64,000 nt of DNA from Candidatus Yonathbacteria bacterium (GTDB taxonomy: Bacteria > Patescibacteriota > Minisyncoccia > Phycocordibacterales > UBA1550): the NCBI GenBank assembly GCA_016215205.1, contig JACRKU010000024.1, forward strand, positions 4,321 through 68,320. The letters run 5' to 3'. This document shows, in pieces, positions 1 to 8,947 of this stretch. The number at the start of each line of letters is the position of its first letter. Positions within the stretch are counted from its first letter, which is position 1. Below the pieces are notes generated by a model. The model was not told where the DNA came from. It was given only the letters and a program-made list of their open reading frames with translations, and did not search any database. A program made the translations under genes and the position numbers.

Positions 1-794
1 TACTCGAGCGCCAACCCAAACGGAATCGCTTTTGAACCGCTAAGAGAAAAAAGTTCTGCGCGAATTGCGGCGGCGCTCTTTTGTTTTTCTTTCAAGACTT
101 TTTGATAGGCAAGCTCCTGCCCTTTTGTCTCTTTTAAAATACGTCTTTTTTCCGCTTCATTTGCGACAAGAAGCTTTCTCTCGAGCTCTTGAATGCGGCG
201 AAGGTCGACTTCTTCCTCTTTTTTGTCCTCAAGAATTTTCTTTTCTTCTTCGGTTGCCCTTTTTGCCACGCCAACTTCTTCAAGCGAAACCCCTATTGAG
301 TCCTCTACATACTGAAAATTATCCAAATCAACAAAAAATTCCGAGAAGTTTTTGTCGGAGAGCGCGACTTCCACAATGGAATATGTGTCGAGCTCGTACG
401 TGCGGCGCATGAGTCCCGCAAGCGATTCGCGTTCGCGATTTATCTTTGTGGAATACTTTACAATCGTGCGATTTTTTACGCCGATATCGTCAACAAGGCC
501 CGCGATGGAAAGATTGCGCGCCTTGATCGACAACTTTGCTTTTTCAATTTGCGCATTGAGTATTGCGATGTCGCGTTCAAGGGAAACTCCTTCGCGTTGT
601 TTATTTGTAAGAATGCTTTCTTGCGCGACAATTTCTTTTTCGCATGTGAGGAGCGCGGCTTCAAGCTCGGGCTTGCTTAACCCGGTAAAGGATTCTGGGC
701 ACCCAGCCGCCGCCGCTGGTATCGTAAAAATACCGAAAAATGACACGGAGAGAACAGAGGATATGAAAAACTTCCGAAAAAAACTTTTGGACAT
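1..794 (-). CDS. Partial (runs off window edge) secreted coiled-coil protein, probably the N-terminus of a peptidoglycan hydrolase / lytic transglycosylase
   Basis: Not in the ORF track. Hand translation from ATG 794 gives MSKSFFRKFFISSVLSVSFFGIFTIPAAAAGCPES... (signal peptide), then a long coiled coil ending ...KQKSAAAIRAELFSLSGSKAIPFGLALE, open to position 1. The catalytic domain would lie outside the window. Confidence 0.65.
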   Translation of the reverse strand, partial: MSKSFFRKFFISSVLSVSFFGIFTIPAAAAGCPESFTGLSKPELEAALLTCEKEIVAQESILTNKQREGVSLERDIAILNAQIEKAKLSIKARNLSIAGLVDDIGVKNRTIVKYSTKINRERESLAGLMRRTYELDTYSIVEVALSDKNFSEFFVDLDNFQYVEDSIGVSLEEVGVAKRATEEEKKILEDKKEEEVDLRRIQELERKLLVANEAEKRRILKETKGQELAYQKVLKEKQKSAAAIRAELFSLSGSKAIPFGLALE

Positions 795-813
795 ACGCTA
801 TTTTATTATAGCA

Positions 814-854
814 AAAAATCCGTCGAGCACCATTTTGGTGCTCGACGGATTTTT
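814..854 (-). terminator. Intrinsic terminator after rplY
   Basis: 19-bp perfect stem AAAAATCCGTCGAGCACCA / TGGTGCTCGACGGATTTTT with a 3-nt loop. Confidence 0.8.
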
Positions 855-861
855 GTGCCTT

Positions 862-1512
862 TTATTTTTCAACTTCCGCGGGAGCTTCTCCTTCCTCTTC
901 TTTCTTTCCTTTCTTTTCAACTTCGATTGCCGAAAGATCCATAACCGGCGCTTCAAGGGGTTCTTCTTTCGCAACCGCAATCGCGGCAACAACATCTGTT
1001 CCGTGAGTTACAAGAGTAATTCCTTTTGGAAGCGCGATACTTTTTGCAAGAATTTGGCTGTCGATAGTGTCGAGTGCTGAAATGTCGATAGTAAAATTGT
1101 GAGGGAGATTTTCCGGCTGACCCTTTACCTCAACCTCGTGAAGAACTTTCACAAGCGAACCGCCGAGGTCCTTTACCGCAGCTGATACACCGGTGAATTC
1201 AAGTGGGATATGCACCGAAACCTCCTGTCCTTTTTCGAGAGCATAAAAATCAACATGTATTGGTTGACCCTTGATTGGGTCTACTTGAACCTCGTGGATA
1301 AGGGCGTTCAATTTCCCCTTTGGCATTTCAAGTGTCACCACTGTTGACTCGCCCGCAGTCTTCCAAACTTTCTTAAAACTATTGAGTGGAAACACGCAGG
1401 GGGTCGCCGCTTCTTTATGACCATAATACACAGCGGGAACAAAACCCTGCGCGCGAATTGCGGTGAGCTTCGTCTTTGGGTCGCGGATTTCTCCTTTAAG
1501 TGTGATATTCAT
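862..1512 (-). CDS. rplY: 50S ribosomal protein bL25/Ctc (long form)
   Basis: IRAQGFVPAVYYG, HEVQVDPIKGQPIHVDFY and LPHNFTIDISAL motifs; acidic tail. Confidence 0.95.
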   Translation of the reverse strand: MNITLKGEIRDPKTKLTAIRAQGFVPAVYYGHKEAATPCVFPLNSFKKVWKTAGESTVVTLEMPKGKLNALIHEVQVDPIKGQPIHVDFYALEKGQEVSVHIPLEFTGVSAAVKDLGGSLVKVLHEVEVKGQPENLPHNFTIDISALDTIDSQILAKSIALPKGITLVTHGTDVVAAIAVAKEEPLEAPVMDLSAIEVEKKGKKEEEGEAPAEVEK

Positions 1513-1551
1513 ATTGGGCTAGTATACGGATTTTAAAGGAAAAAGCAAATT

Positions 1552-2427
1552 TTAAAGCCCTGAGAACAACTTCAACCGCGCCTCAATCACCTTCTGCATC
1601 GCTTCGGTTGGCTCCTTCATCACTTTATATGGAGCGACTTCATCAGGATGCGCGGTGAGGTACGAGGCGAGAGATTTTACAAAAGCCACGCGGATTTCGG
1701 TATTTATATGTACCAGACTGATGCCCGCCTTGATAGCATCACGAAAATCTTCGTCCGATGTTCCTGAACCGCCATGGAGAACAAGTGGTACTCCTGCGGC
1801 GGCGCGCACTTTACGGATACGCGGAATATCCAAGCGCGGCTCGGGCGCATTCCTAAGCATGCCGTGCATATTCCCCACTGCGGGAGCAAACAAATCAACT
1901 CCCGTTTCTTTCACAAAACGCTCTGCCTGCTCTGGAGTGGTGAGTGTCGTGTCGTCAAACTTCACGCCTTCGGGAATCGCATCGAGAACTTTTGAAGAAG
2001 TGCCGATGTAGCCCACCTCTGCTTCAACGAGCACATCTCTTCCGGAAGCGCGCGCATAATCCACGCATTCTTTTGTCTTGGCAATATTTTCATCGAGTGA
2101 AAGTTTTGCTCCGTCAAAAATCACTGCGTCAAAGCCAGCGTCAATCGCTTCCTTCACGCGCTCCACGGTGTAGGTGTGGTCTGCGTTGATGAAAATCGGG
2201 TACTGATATTCTTCACGAATGCTTTTTACAAGCGCGACCGCCTGACGCACGCCCACGAAATCACGCTCTCCCTCCGAGAGCCCGACAATGACCGGAAGAT
2301 TGAGCGACTTCGCCGCGCGAAAAATAGCCCACAAGCCCTCAAGGTTTGAAATATTGAAATGCCCGACCGCAATGTGTTTTTTCTCTGCGTCAGTGATAAC
2401 CTCGCGTAATGTTGGAATGATACTCAT
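1552..2427 (-). CDS. fba: Class II fructose-bisphosphate aldolase
   Basis: NADH (D-H metal ligands), VEAEVGYIG, APAVGNMHG, LVLHGGSG, INTE motifs. Confidence 0.92.
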   Translation of the reverse strand: MSIIPTLREVITDAEKKHIAVGHFNISNLEGLWAIFRAAKSLNLPVIVGLSEGERDFVGVRQAVALVKSIREEYQYPIFINADHTYTVERVKEAIDAGFDAVIFDGAKLSLDENIAKTKECVDYARASGRDVLVEAEVGYIGTSSKVLDAIPEGVKFDDTTLTTPEQAERFVKETGVDLFAPAVGNMHGMLRNAPEPRLDIPRIRKVRAAAGVPLVLHGGSGTSDEDFRDAIKAGISLVHINTEIRVAFVKSLASYLTAHPDEVAPYKVMKEPTEAMQKVIEARLKLFSGL

Positions 2428-2498
2428 AGTAAAGTTATTCTACCACAAACCAACTGATATGGTATACTTTTCACATTACTATTAAAAATTAACACTAC

Positions 2499-3503
2499 AT
2501 GGAACAACTAGATTTCGTAGGCATCGGAGACACGGTCGTAGATGCTTTTATACGCCTTCGCGAGGACCAAGCACACACGACTGTTTGCAAGATTGATGCT
2601 AACGCATCGGAGATCTGCATGCCATTCGGCGCAAAAGTTCCATATGATTTTGTAAAAGTCGTTTACGCCGTCGGAAACAGCGCCAATGCGTGCGTGTCCG
2701 CGTCGCGTCTCGGTCTCAAAAGCGCGCTCATAACAAATCTCGGCAATGATGATGACGGCGCAAAATGCGTCGCATCGCTTAAAAAAGACGGTGTCAGCAC
2801 AGAGTATGTAAAACAATATAACGACATCAAGACAAATTATCACTATGTGCTCTGGTACGGCAGTGAGCGCACGATTCTCATAAAGCACGAGGTGTTCCCT
2901 TATATTCTGCCGCAAGATTTTGTGGGGCCCAAATGGCTATACCTAAGCTCACTCGGTGAAACTTCACTTGATTTTCATCACGAAATCGCAACTTATCTCG
3001 CCGCGCATCCCGAAACCAAGCTCGCATTTCAGCCGGGAACATTCCAAATAAAACTCGGTACGGATGCACTCAAAGATTTATACGCGCATACGGAAGTTTT
3101 CTTCTGCAATGTTGAAGAGGCGCGCCTCATCTTGAAAACAGACGAGCCGGAACCAAAAAAGCTCGCGCGAATGATGACCGCCCTCGGACCAAAAATTACG
3201 GTCATTACCGACGGACCAAAGGGCGCGTATGTATTCGACGGCACAGATGTTTGGTTTATGCCGGTTTACCCGGACATAGCGCCGCCGTATGACCGCACCG
3301 GCGCGGGCGATTCGTTTGCTTCAACATTTATCGCGGCGCTCGCGCTTGGCAAGGAGCCGCGCGAGGCTGTCACATGGGCGCCCGTGAACTCAATGTCTGT
3401 CGTACAGAAAATCGGCGCTCAAGAAGGACTCCTGTCGCGCGCAGAGCTTGAAAAATATCTAGCGGAAGCACCTGCGGATTATAAAGCGGTGAAATTGGAT
3501 TAA
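2499..3503 (+). CDS. PfkB/ribokinase-family carbohydrate kinase
   Basis: GNSANACVSASRLG, FFCNVEEA, ITDGPKGA and DRTGAGDSF signature. Confidence 0.9.
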   Translation: MEQLDFVGIGDTVVDAFIRLREDQAHTTVCKIDANASEICMPFGAKVPYDFVKVVYAVGNSANACVSASRLGLKSALITNLGNDDDGAKCVASLKKDGVSTEYVKQYNDIKTNYHYVLWYGSERTILIKHEVFPYILPQDFVGPKWLYLSSLGETSLDFHHEIATYLAAHPETKLAFQPGTFQIKLGTDALKDLYAHTEVFFCNVEEARLILKTDEPEPKKLARMMTALGPKITVITDGPKGAYVFDGTDVWFMPVYPDIAPPYDRTGAGDSFASTFIAALALGKEPREAVTWAPVNSMSVVQKIGAQEGLLSRAELEKYLAEAPADYKAVKLD

Positions 3504-3562
3504 GCGCAAAATAAAACATCCAGCCTGCCAGCTGGCAGGCTGGATGTTTTATTTTGCGCTTA
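3501..3562. terminator. 62-bp perfect palindrome; likely bidirectional terminator between convergent genes
   Basis: TAAGCGCAAAATAAAACATCCAGCCTGCCAG|CTGGCAGGCTGGATGTTTTATTTTGCGCTTA, no loop; starts and ends with the two stop codons. Confidence 0.8.
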
Positions 3563-4534
3563 CAAAAGTTTCTTCACTGCTTTTTTGATGGAATCCTTAT
3601 CCATTCCGTAATGCTTCACGAGCTCCTCAGGCTTCCCCGACTGCCCAAATTGATCCTGCACGCCAACGAATACAATCTTAGTCGGATGTTCCATTGCAAG
3701 GACTTCGGCAACTGCCGAACCCATTCCTCCTGCAACTTGATGTTCCTCGACAGTGACAATTGCGCCACATTCTTTTGCAAGCTTCACAATCGCCCCGCGG
3801 TCAATCGGCTTCACGGTACCGATATTTAAAACAACTGCGCCGACTACCTCTCCTTCGAGTTCTTTTGCCGCAATGAGCGCATTGTATACGAGCGAACCGC
3901 ACGCAATGATGCCGACTTTGGGTGCAAGCGACGAGCGGAAAAATTCTTGCGCTTTTCCAATCTCAAAAGGCGTGTCCTCTGCCGTGATGATAGGAGTTTT
4001 TTCACGAGCGAGACGAATGTACGTTGGTGAATTTGTTTTCGCCATTGCGATAGTTGCTTTGCGCGCCTCAACGCTGTCGCATGGGGTAATTACCACCATG
4101 CGCGGCATCACGCGCACGAGCGCGATGTCTTCGATTGCTTGATGCGTGCCGCCATCGGGACCAACCGAAACTCCCGCATGCGAGCCCGCGATTTTCACCG
4201 GGCGGTCATTATAGCAAATGTTTGTGCGAATCTGCTCCCAATTTCTGCCGGGAGAAAACATCGCGTACGACGACACAAACGGCACCTTCCCCATCGCCGC
4301 CATTCCGCTTGCCACCGATGCCGACGACTGCTCCATAATTCCCATCTCAAAAAATCGCTTAGGAAATTCTTTTGCGAACGCATCCATCTTTGTGGATTCA
4401 GTAAGGTCGCAACACATCGCCACCACGCGCTCATCCGCACGCCCCGCAAGCACCAGCCCCTCGCCAAAACCCGCGCGAATCGGCGCTTGTTCTACATCAG
4501 TATCAAAAAGTTTTGGGTTGAGTGGGATGTTCAT
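3560..4534 (-). CDS. Transketolase C-terminal subunit
   Basis: RFFEMGIMEQ, GPDGGTHQAIEDIA, TVEEHQVAGGMGSAVAE. Confidence 0.93.
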   Translation of the reverse strand: MNIPLNPKLFDTDVEQAPIRAGFGEGLVLAGRADERVVAMCCDLTESTKMDAFAKEFPKRFFEMGIMEQSSASVASGMAAMGKVPFVSSYAMFSPGRNWEQIRTNICYNDRPVKIAGSHAGVSVGPDGGTHQAIEDIALVRVMPRMVVITPCDSVEARKATIAMAKTNSPTYIRLAREKTPIITAEDTPFEIGKAQEFFRSSLAPKVGIIACGSLVYNALIAAKELEGEVVGAVVLNIGTVKPIDRGAIVKLAKECGAIVTVEEHQVAGGMGSAVAEVLAMEHPTKIVFVGVQDQFGQSGKPEELVKHYGMDKDSIKKAVKKLL

Positions 4535-4558
4535 ATCTTACCTTAATTACAGTATACA

Positions 4559-4828
4559 TTAAATTTCATACACATTCGATCTATGGCCGATACACGCAAC
4601 CATCAACAAGCGTTCATCTCAACATATTTTATATATCACCCGATAATCACCAATCCTTAACTTAAAAAACCCGACCCACTCTCTTTCAAGCGGCAAAGGC
4701 ACCACCTGGTCAAAATTGCCTTCAGGCCATTCAAGCTTTCTGTGTACGCTCACGCGAATTTTCTTATCTAGCCCAAGAAAATTCTTCTCCGCATCTTTTG
4801 TTAAAACAATTTTCCACGCTTGCACCAT
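4559..4828 (-). pseudogene. RelE/ParE-family toxin interrupted by an in-frame TGA
   Basis: MVQAWKIVLTKDAEKNF...FKLRIGDYRVIYKIC-TGA(4619-4621)-DERLLMVACIGHRSNVYEI-TAA. The post-stop segment is the typical RelE C-terminal GHR..VY strand. Confidence 0.8.
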
Positions 4829-4838
4829 AATAACGGGA

Positions 4839-5033
4839 TTAGTTTTTCCTACTAAACTCTTTAAGTGCAATCAGTTTTTTAGGATTTACCTTTTGAGCTT
4901 TTTTAAGTTGTTTTATTGTTTGAGATGACAACATCATGCCAAAATCAGGATCAGCAAAAATCTCCTGAACGGACTCAATAATTGTTTGGCGTACGAGAGA
5001 TTGCAATTGTCTTTGTTGAACGATTGTATTCAT
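4839..5033 (-). CDS. Putative antitoxin of the RelE module
   Basis: 64-aa ORF directly upstream of the toxin; EIFADPDFGMMLS-type small antitoxin; ATG 5033 chosen. Confidence 0.65.
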   Translation of the reverse strand: MNTIVQQRQLQSLVRQTIIESVQEIFADPDFGMMLSSQTIKQLKKAQKVNPKKLIALKEFSRKN

Positions 5034-5124
5034 AATTATTATATTACCACAGGCACTAGTCTTTGTAAAAATCAATTTCCATCAAAAATTTTGGGTTGAG
5101 GGGGGTCATGTTTCTATTTATTAA

Positions 5125-5157
5125 AGTCCGCGTTCATTCCGCGTCTAGTCCGCATCT
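5125..5157. repeat. 3x degenerate 11-mer tandem repeat
   Basis: AGTCCGCGTTC ATTCCGCGTCT AGTCCGCATCT immediately after the transketolase N-subunit stop. Confidence 0.6.
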
Positions 5158-5158
5158 A

Positions 5159-6028
5159 CTATTCGTGCTCACTCTCAATCTGCCCGCCGAGCGTACGAAG
5201 CTCTGCCATCGCATTCGCACCCTGTTCTTTGTCTGGCGGGTTGCCGTGCCACTTGAAGTCGCGCTGAAACATTTCAACACCCTTGCCCGGAATAGTGTGC
5301 GCGATTATGACTGACGGCTTTTCAAAGATCGCTTTTGCTTCATCAATCGCATCAACAATCGCAGACATATTGTGTCCGTCAATCTCGAGAACGTGCCAGC
5401 CGAATGCTGCCCACTTATCCGCAAGCGGTTCGAGGGGCATCACGTTTTCCGTAAAGCCGTCTATTTGGATATTGTTGCGGTCTACAACGGCGACGAGGTT
5501 GTGAAGCTTTTCGCGACCCGCTAGCATCGCCGCCTCCCAGATTTGCCCTTCGTTCAATTCACCGTCGCCCAAAAAAGAGTAAATGGTTCTGTTTGAGCTT
5601 TGTCCGCGGTCGAGGCGGTCCGCAAGCGCCATCCCCACTGCCTGCGAAAGCCCTTGTCCAAGAGGACCGGAGCTTGTTTCAAGCATCGGCAAATACTCGC
5701 GGTGCGGATGCCCCTGAAGTCGTGTGCCGAATTTGCGGAGCGTTTTTAATTCTTTTACAGGGAAATATCCCGCGTGCGCCATCGCCGCATACATCACCGG
5801 GCAAATGTGGCCGTTGGAAAGCACTAGTCGGTCACGGTCTTCCCACTCCGGATTCTTTGGGTCGTGTTTGAGAATATGAAAATAAAATGCGGTAAAAATA
5901 TCCGCCATGCCGAGCGGTCCCGCCGTGTGTCCGGACTTTGCTTCAACAAGCGATTCAATAATCGACTTCCTGATCTCAAGCGCTTTCTCTTCGAGAAATT
6001 TTATTTTGTCGTCGTGGAGATGGGTCAT
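5159..6028 (-). CDS. Transketolase N-terminal subunit
   Basis: SGHTAGPLG, DRLVLSNGH, LQGHP, SGPLGQG, TPP motif GDGELNEGQIWEA. Confidence 0.95.
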   Translation of the reverse strand: MTHLHDDKIKFLEEKALEIRKSIIESLVEAKSGHTAGPLGMADIFTAFYFHILKHDPKNPEWEDRDRLVLSNGHICPVMYAAMAHAGYFPVKELKTLRKFGTRLQGHPHREYLPMLETSSGPLGQGLSQAVGMALADRLDRGQSSNRTIYSFLGDGELNEGQIWEAAMLAGREKLHNLVAVVDRNNIQIDGFTENVMPLEPLADKWAAFGWHVLEIDGHNMSAIVDAIDEAKAIFEKPSVIIAHTIPGKGVEMFQRDFKWHGNPPDKEQGANAMAELRTLGGQIESEHE

Positions 6029-6032
6029 AAGA

Positions 6033-6704
6033 CTATGATACTAGATTTCTCATTTCAGTGATAGCTTGAGTAAAATCATCGCTCCCAAGTATCGCCGAGC
6101 CGGACACGAGACGCGTTACTCCGGCATCTACAAGCCTCTTTGCGGTTTCCATATTTACAGCGCCGTCGACGCTGATAGGCATATCTGGGCGCGTACTTCG
6201 TGCCACACGCACTTGGTCGAGTACGCGCTCATCAAAAGCTTCTCCCTGAAAACCGATGCGCGCGATACCCATACACTGCACAAAGTCGATACGGTGGCAA
6301 AATGGCGCGAGTGTCTGGATTGGAGTCGTGGTATTTATCGCGAGACCGAGTTCGATAAGCCCCTCCGGTACTGCCGCGCGAATTTTTTCAAAATCCTTCA
6401 TTGATTCCACATGCACAATAATACGCCGAGCGCCGGCGGAAACCCATTTGGGCACCGCAAGCTCGGGATTCTCTATCATCAAGTCAACTTCAAAATCAAG
6501 TGTTTCCCACTCGGGCATCCCCTCTTCCTCAGCGACAATGGCGTCAAAATGCGCATCCCGCGGATACGGCCATGTGCGCTCGGGTACAAATTTTCCGTCC
6601 ATGATGTCGAGCTGCACAAGAGGAACAACACCCGCAAAAAGACTCATCATCTCATCAAGATGCTCGTAGTCCTTTGGCATTATCGCGGGAATAATCTCTA
6701 TCAT
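6033..6704 (-). CDS. rpe: Ribulose-phosphate 3-epimerase
   Basis: IIPAI, QLDIMDGKFVP, GFQGEAF, ISVDGAVN, LVSGSAI. Confidence 0.85.
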   Translation of the reverse strand: MIEIIPAIMPKDYEHLDEMMSLFAGVVPLVQLDIMDGKFVPERTWPYPRDAHFDAIVAEEEGMPEWETLDFEVDLMIENPELAVPKWVSAGARRIIVHVESMKDFEKIRAAVPEGLIELGLAINTTTPIQTLAPFCHRIDFVQCMGIARIGFQGEAFDERVLDQVRVARSTRPDMPISVDGAVNMETAKRLVDAGVTRLVSGSAILGSDDFTQAITEMRNLVS

Positions 6705-6710
6705 AAAAAA

Positions 6711-7151
6711 TTATTTATCCAGTTTTTGAATTCTTCGCTCGTGCCGTTCATCGCCCGAAAAAGGTGTTTCGAGCCACACGCGCACCACTTCTTTCGCTTC
6801 GTCTTCTTCAATGAACCGCGCACCGAGAGAGAGGATGTTCGCATCATTGTGCTCGCGCGAGAGTACCACGATATCCACAGTACCTCCATAGTAGACTGCC
6901 GCGCGCGCGCCGGGCACCCTGTTTGCGCACATCGCTTCACCCTGACCAGAACCGCCAAGTATAATTCCGCGCGACTTGGGGTCGCGAGCAACATTTTCCG
7001 CAACCGGACGAATGAAATCCGGATAGTCATCGAGGCTATCGAACTTATGCGCGCCAATATCCTCCACCTCATGTCCGCGCGCGCGAAGAAATGGAATAAG
7101 CGATTCCTTGAGTTCAAACCCTGCGTGGTCGGTGCCGATATAAATGCGCAT
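6711..7151 (-). CDS. rpiB: Ribose-5-phosphate isomerase B
   Basis: GTDHAGFELKE, DDYPD, GGSGQGEAMCANRVPGARAA, REHNDANILSLGAR, RHERRI. Confidence 0.95.
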   Translation of the reverse strand: MRIYIGTDHAGFELKESLIPFLRARGHEVEDIGAHKFDSLDDYPDFIRPVAENVARDPKSRGIILGGSGQGEAMCANRVPGARAAVYYGGTVDIVVLSREHNDANILSLGARFIEEDEAKEVVRVWLETPFSGDERHERRIQKLDK

Positions 7152-7158
7152 GATGCTG

Positions 7159-8202
7159 TTAAAGATTCTCTGCCACCTTAACTACATGTTTTACCAAAGT
7201 GTTCGTGTAACCCATTTCATTGTCATACCACGACATAACTTTCACGAGGTTGCCGTCCACCACGCGCGTCAAATCAAGGTCGGCAATCGCGCCATAGAGA
7301 GTTCCCACAATATCAGACGACACAAGGGGCTCATCGGTGACCGTAAAGATACCTTCCCATCGCGGGGTTTTTGAGGCATCGCGCAAAATTTTGTTTACCT
7401 CTAGAACACTGGTGTTCCTTTTTGCGATGAACGTAATGTCGGCGATAGAGCCGGCAATAATCGGCACGCGCACGGCGATGCCGTCAAACTTGCCCTTCAA
7501 ATCAGGCACCGCTTCCGTGACAGCAATAGCCGCACCCGTCGATGATGGCACCATGTTTGCCGCACCCGCGCGCCCACCGCGAAGGTCTTTGCCGCCGGGA
7601 CCGTCCACAATTTTTTGCGTACCGGTGTACGCGTGCGTGGTGTTAAGCACTGCTTTCTCAATACCAATAGTTTCATTCAAAATAGTAATGACCGGCGAAG
7701 CGGCGTTTGTCGTGCACGAAGCATTTGAAGAAATCTGACATGTCGCAAGTTTTTCATCGTTGATACCCATAAGCACGGTCGCACCGGTGATACCCTCAAT
7801 CATTTCGCCTTTCACTGGCGCAGTAATTACAACTCGTTTTGCGCCTGCATCCAAATGCACTTTTGATTTTTCGTAGCTCGTGTAAAAGCCGGTTGATTCA
7901 ACCACGACATCAATGTCGTACTTTGCCCACGGAAGTTTCGTTGCGTCTTTTTCCTGAATCAAAACAACTTTTTCCACACCAACGCGGAAACCCGGCTCCT
8001 CGCCATTGCCGGGAGGGACGACTGCCACATCGAAGTCCGCGCGCCCGTACGCGGTGTCGTACTTGAGGAGATACGCCATGTTCTCTGGGTCGCCGAGGTC
8101 GTTCACCGCCACAATCTCAAGCTCTGGTTGCGTGCGCGCCAACTTATAAAACGCGCGTCCTATGCGCCCAAACCCATTAATCGCTACTCGTGTCTTTTTC
8201 AT
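7159..8202 (-). CDS. gap: Glyceraldehyde-3-phosphate dehydrogenase type I
   Basis: INGFGRIGR, SNASCTTN, WYDNEMGY. Confidence 0.97.
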   Translation of the reverse strand: MKKTRVAINGFGRIGRAFYKLARTQPELEIVAVNDLGDPENMAYLLKYDTAYGRADFDVAVVPPGNGEEPGFRVGVEKVVLIQEKDATKLPWAKYDIDVVVESTGFYTSYEKSKVHLDAGAKRVVITAPVKGEMIEGITGATVLMGINDEKLATCQISSNASCTTNAASPVITILNETIGIEKAVLNTTHAYTGTQKIVDGPGGKDLRGGRAGAANMVPSSTGAAIAVTEAVPDLKGKFDGIAVRVPIIAGSIADITFIAKRNTSVLEVNKILRDASKTPRWEGIFTVTDEPLVSSDIVGTLYGAIADLDLTRVVDGNLVKVMSWYDNEMGYTNTLVKHVVKVAENL

Positions 8203-8280
8203 TTTTGTGGTGGTTAAATTGATTAAAACTATGCGTCCATTTTAGCACACAGAGCAAAAAAGAGCACAATTTGTGCCCTT

Positions 8281-8541
8281 TTATGAATACAATTCGCTAT
8301 GACTTCCAATATCAGCAAATTCAACGTGTTTGTCGTCTATTTCTTCAAACACTGCGCGAATGTCGCCAGTGACATTAATACTTCTGCACCCATCCCATTC
8401 CCCGCCGAGTGCGTGATTATTAAGTAGTGGATAGTGCGGATTCTTTATAAACAAAGCGAGCCTCTCATAAAATTTTTCTTGTATCACTTTTGATTGCTTG
8501 CGAAGCATCTTCTTGAACACTCGACCATAAGTGATAGTCAT
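8281..8541 (-). CDS. YafQ/RelE-family mRNA interferase toxin
   Basis: LNNHALGGEWDGCRSINVTGDIRAVF...IGSHSELYS. Confidence 0.88.
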   Translation of the reverse strand: MTITYGRVFKKMLRKQSKVIQEKFYERLALFIKNPHYPLLNNHALGGEWDGCRSINVTGDIRAVFEEIDDKHVEFADIGSHSELYS

Positions 8542-8545
8542 AAAA

Positions 8546-8815
8546 TTATGAACGAAGAGACTTAATCATACTTTCAGCATCGTAAAATGGTCCAACCGAT
8601 TTCCCATGAGCGCGGTCAAGGCGAGCAGACTTAATAGAATGCTTCAAGCGTGGAGATGGCTCAAGGACAGAAAAAGAAACGGTCTTATTTCGCGCCAAAT
8701 TCTTCAAAGACGCATTGATAATAGCCGACAATGTAAAGCCGAGCTCGTCCGCCACCTTTTGTGCCTCATTTTTAACTTTTGGGTCTATTTTGATATTTAA
8801 TACTGCTGTTTTCAT
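8546..8815 (-). CDS. RelB/DinJ-family antitoxin
   Basis: MKTAVLNIKIDPKVKNEAQKVADELGFTLSAII ribbon-helix-helix; upstream of the toxin. Confidence 0.88.
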   Translation of the reverse strand: MKTAVLNIKIDPKVKNEAQKVADELGFTLSAIINASLKNLARNKTVSFSVLEPSPRLKHSIKSARLDRAHGKSVGPFYDAESMIKSLRS

Positions 8816-8936
8816 CCCGTTAGAGGTAGGAAACGCTGTGCGTTTCCGTAATTAACTAATAATTATTGCTGTTAATATACTTAACCTAAATTCCCCATTA
8901 GATTGCACCACTGAACTATGCAACCTCTAACGGGAT
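8814..8936. mobile_element. MITE-like ~120-bp element with 14-bp terminal inverted repeats
   Basis: ATCCCGTTAGAGGT (8814-8827) / ACCTCTAACGGGAT (8923-8936); TTCAT duplicated at 8811-8815 and 8936-8940; internal hairpins. Confidence 0.65.
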
Positions 8937-8947
8937 TCATATATGCT

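Noticed and set aside
65-1080. Plus-strand ORFs 65-412 and 352-1080
   Set aside because: Antisense to the coiled-coil gene and rplY; the longer one crosses the terminator.
4581-4597. TCTATGGCCGATACACG resembling one arm of the palindromic element
   Set aside because: Lacks the GAATCAGCTGATTC core and encodes the conserved RelE IGHR motif; probably coincidence.
4619-4621. Genetic code 25 (TGA=Gly) to explain the RelE stop
   Set aside because: TGA terminates genes in ATGA overlaps (32607-32610, 42663, 47722, 61427), and long conserved genes have no internal TGA.
6411-7181. 256-aa plus-strand ORF (likewise 24214-24864, 55846-56556, 61394-62302)
   Set aside because: Antisense shadows of well-supported genes.
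8814-8936. Integron attC site
   Set aside because: GTTAGA precedes TCTAAC, the reverse of attC order; no integrase or cassette array in the window.
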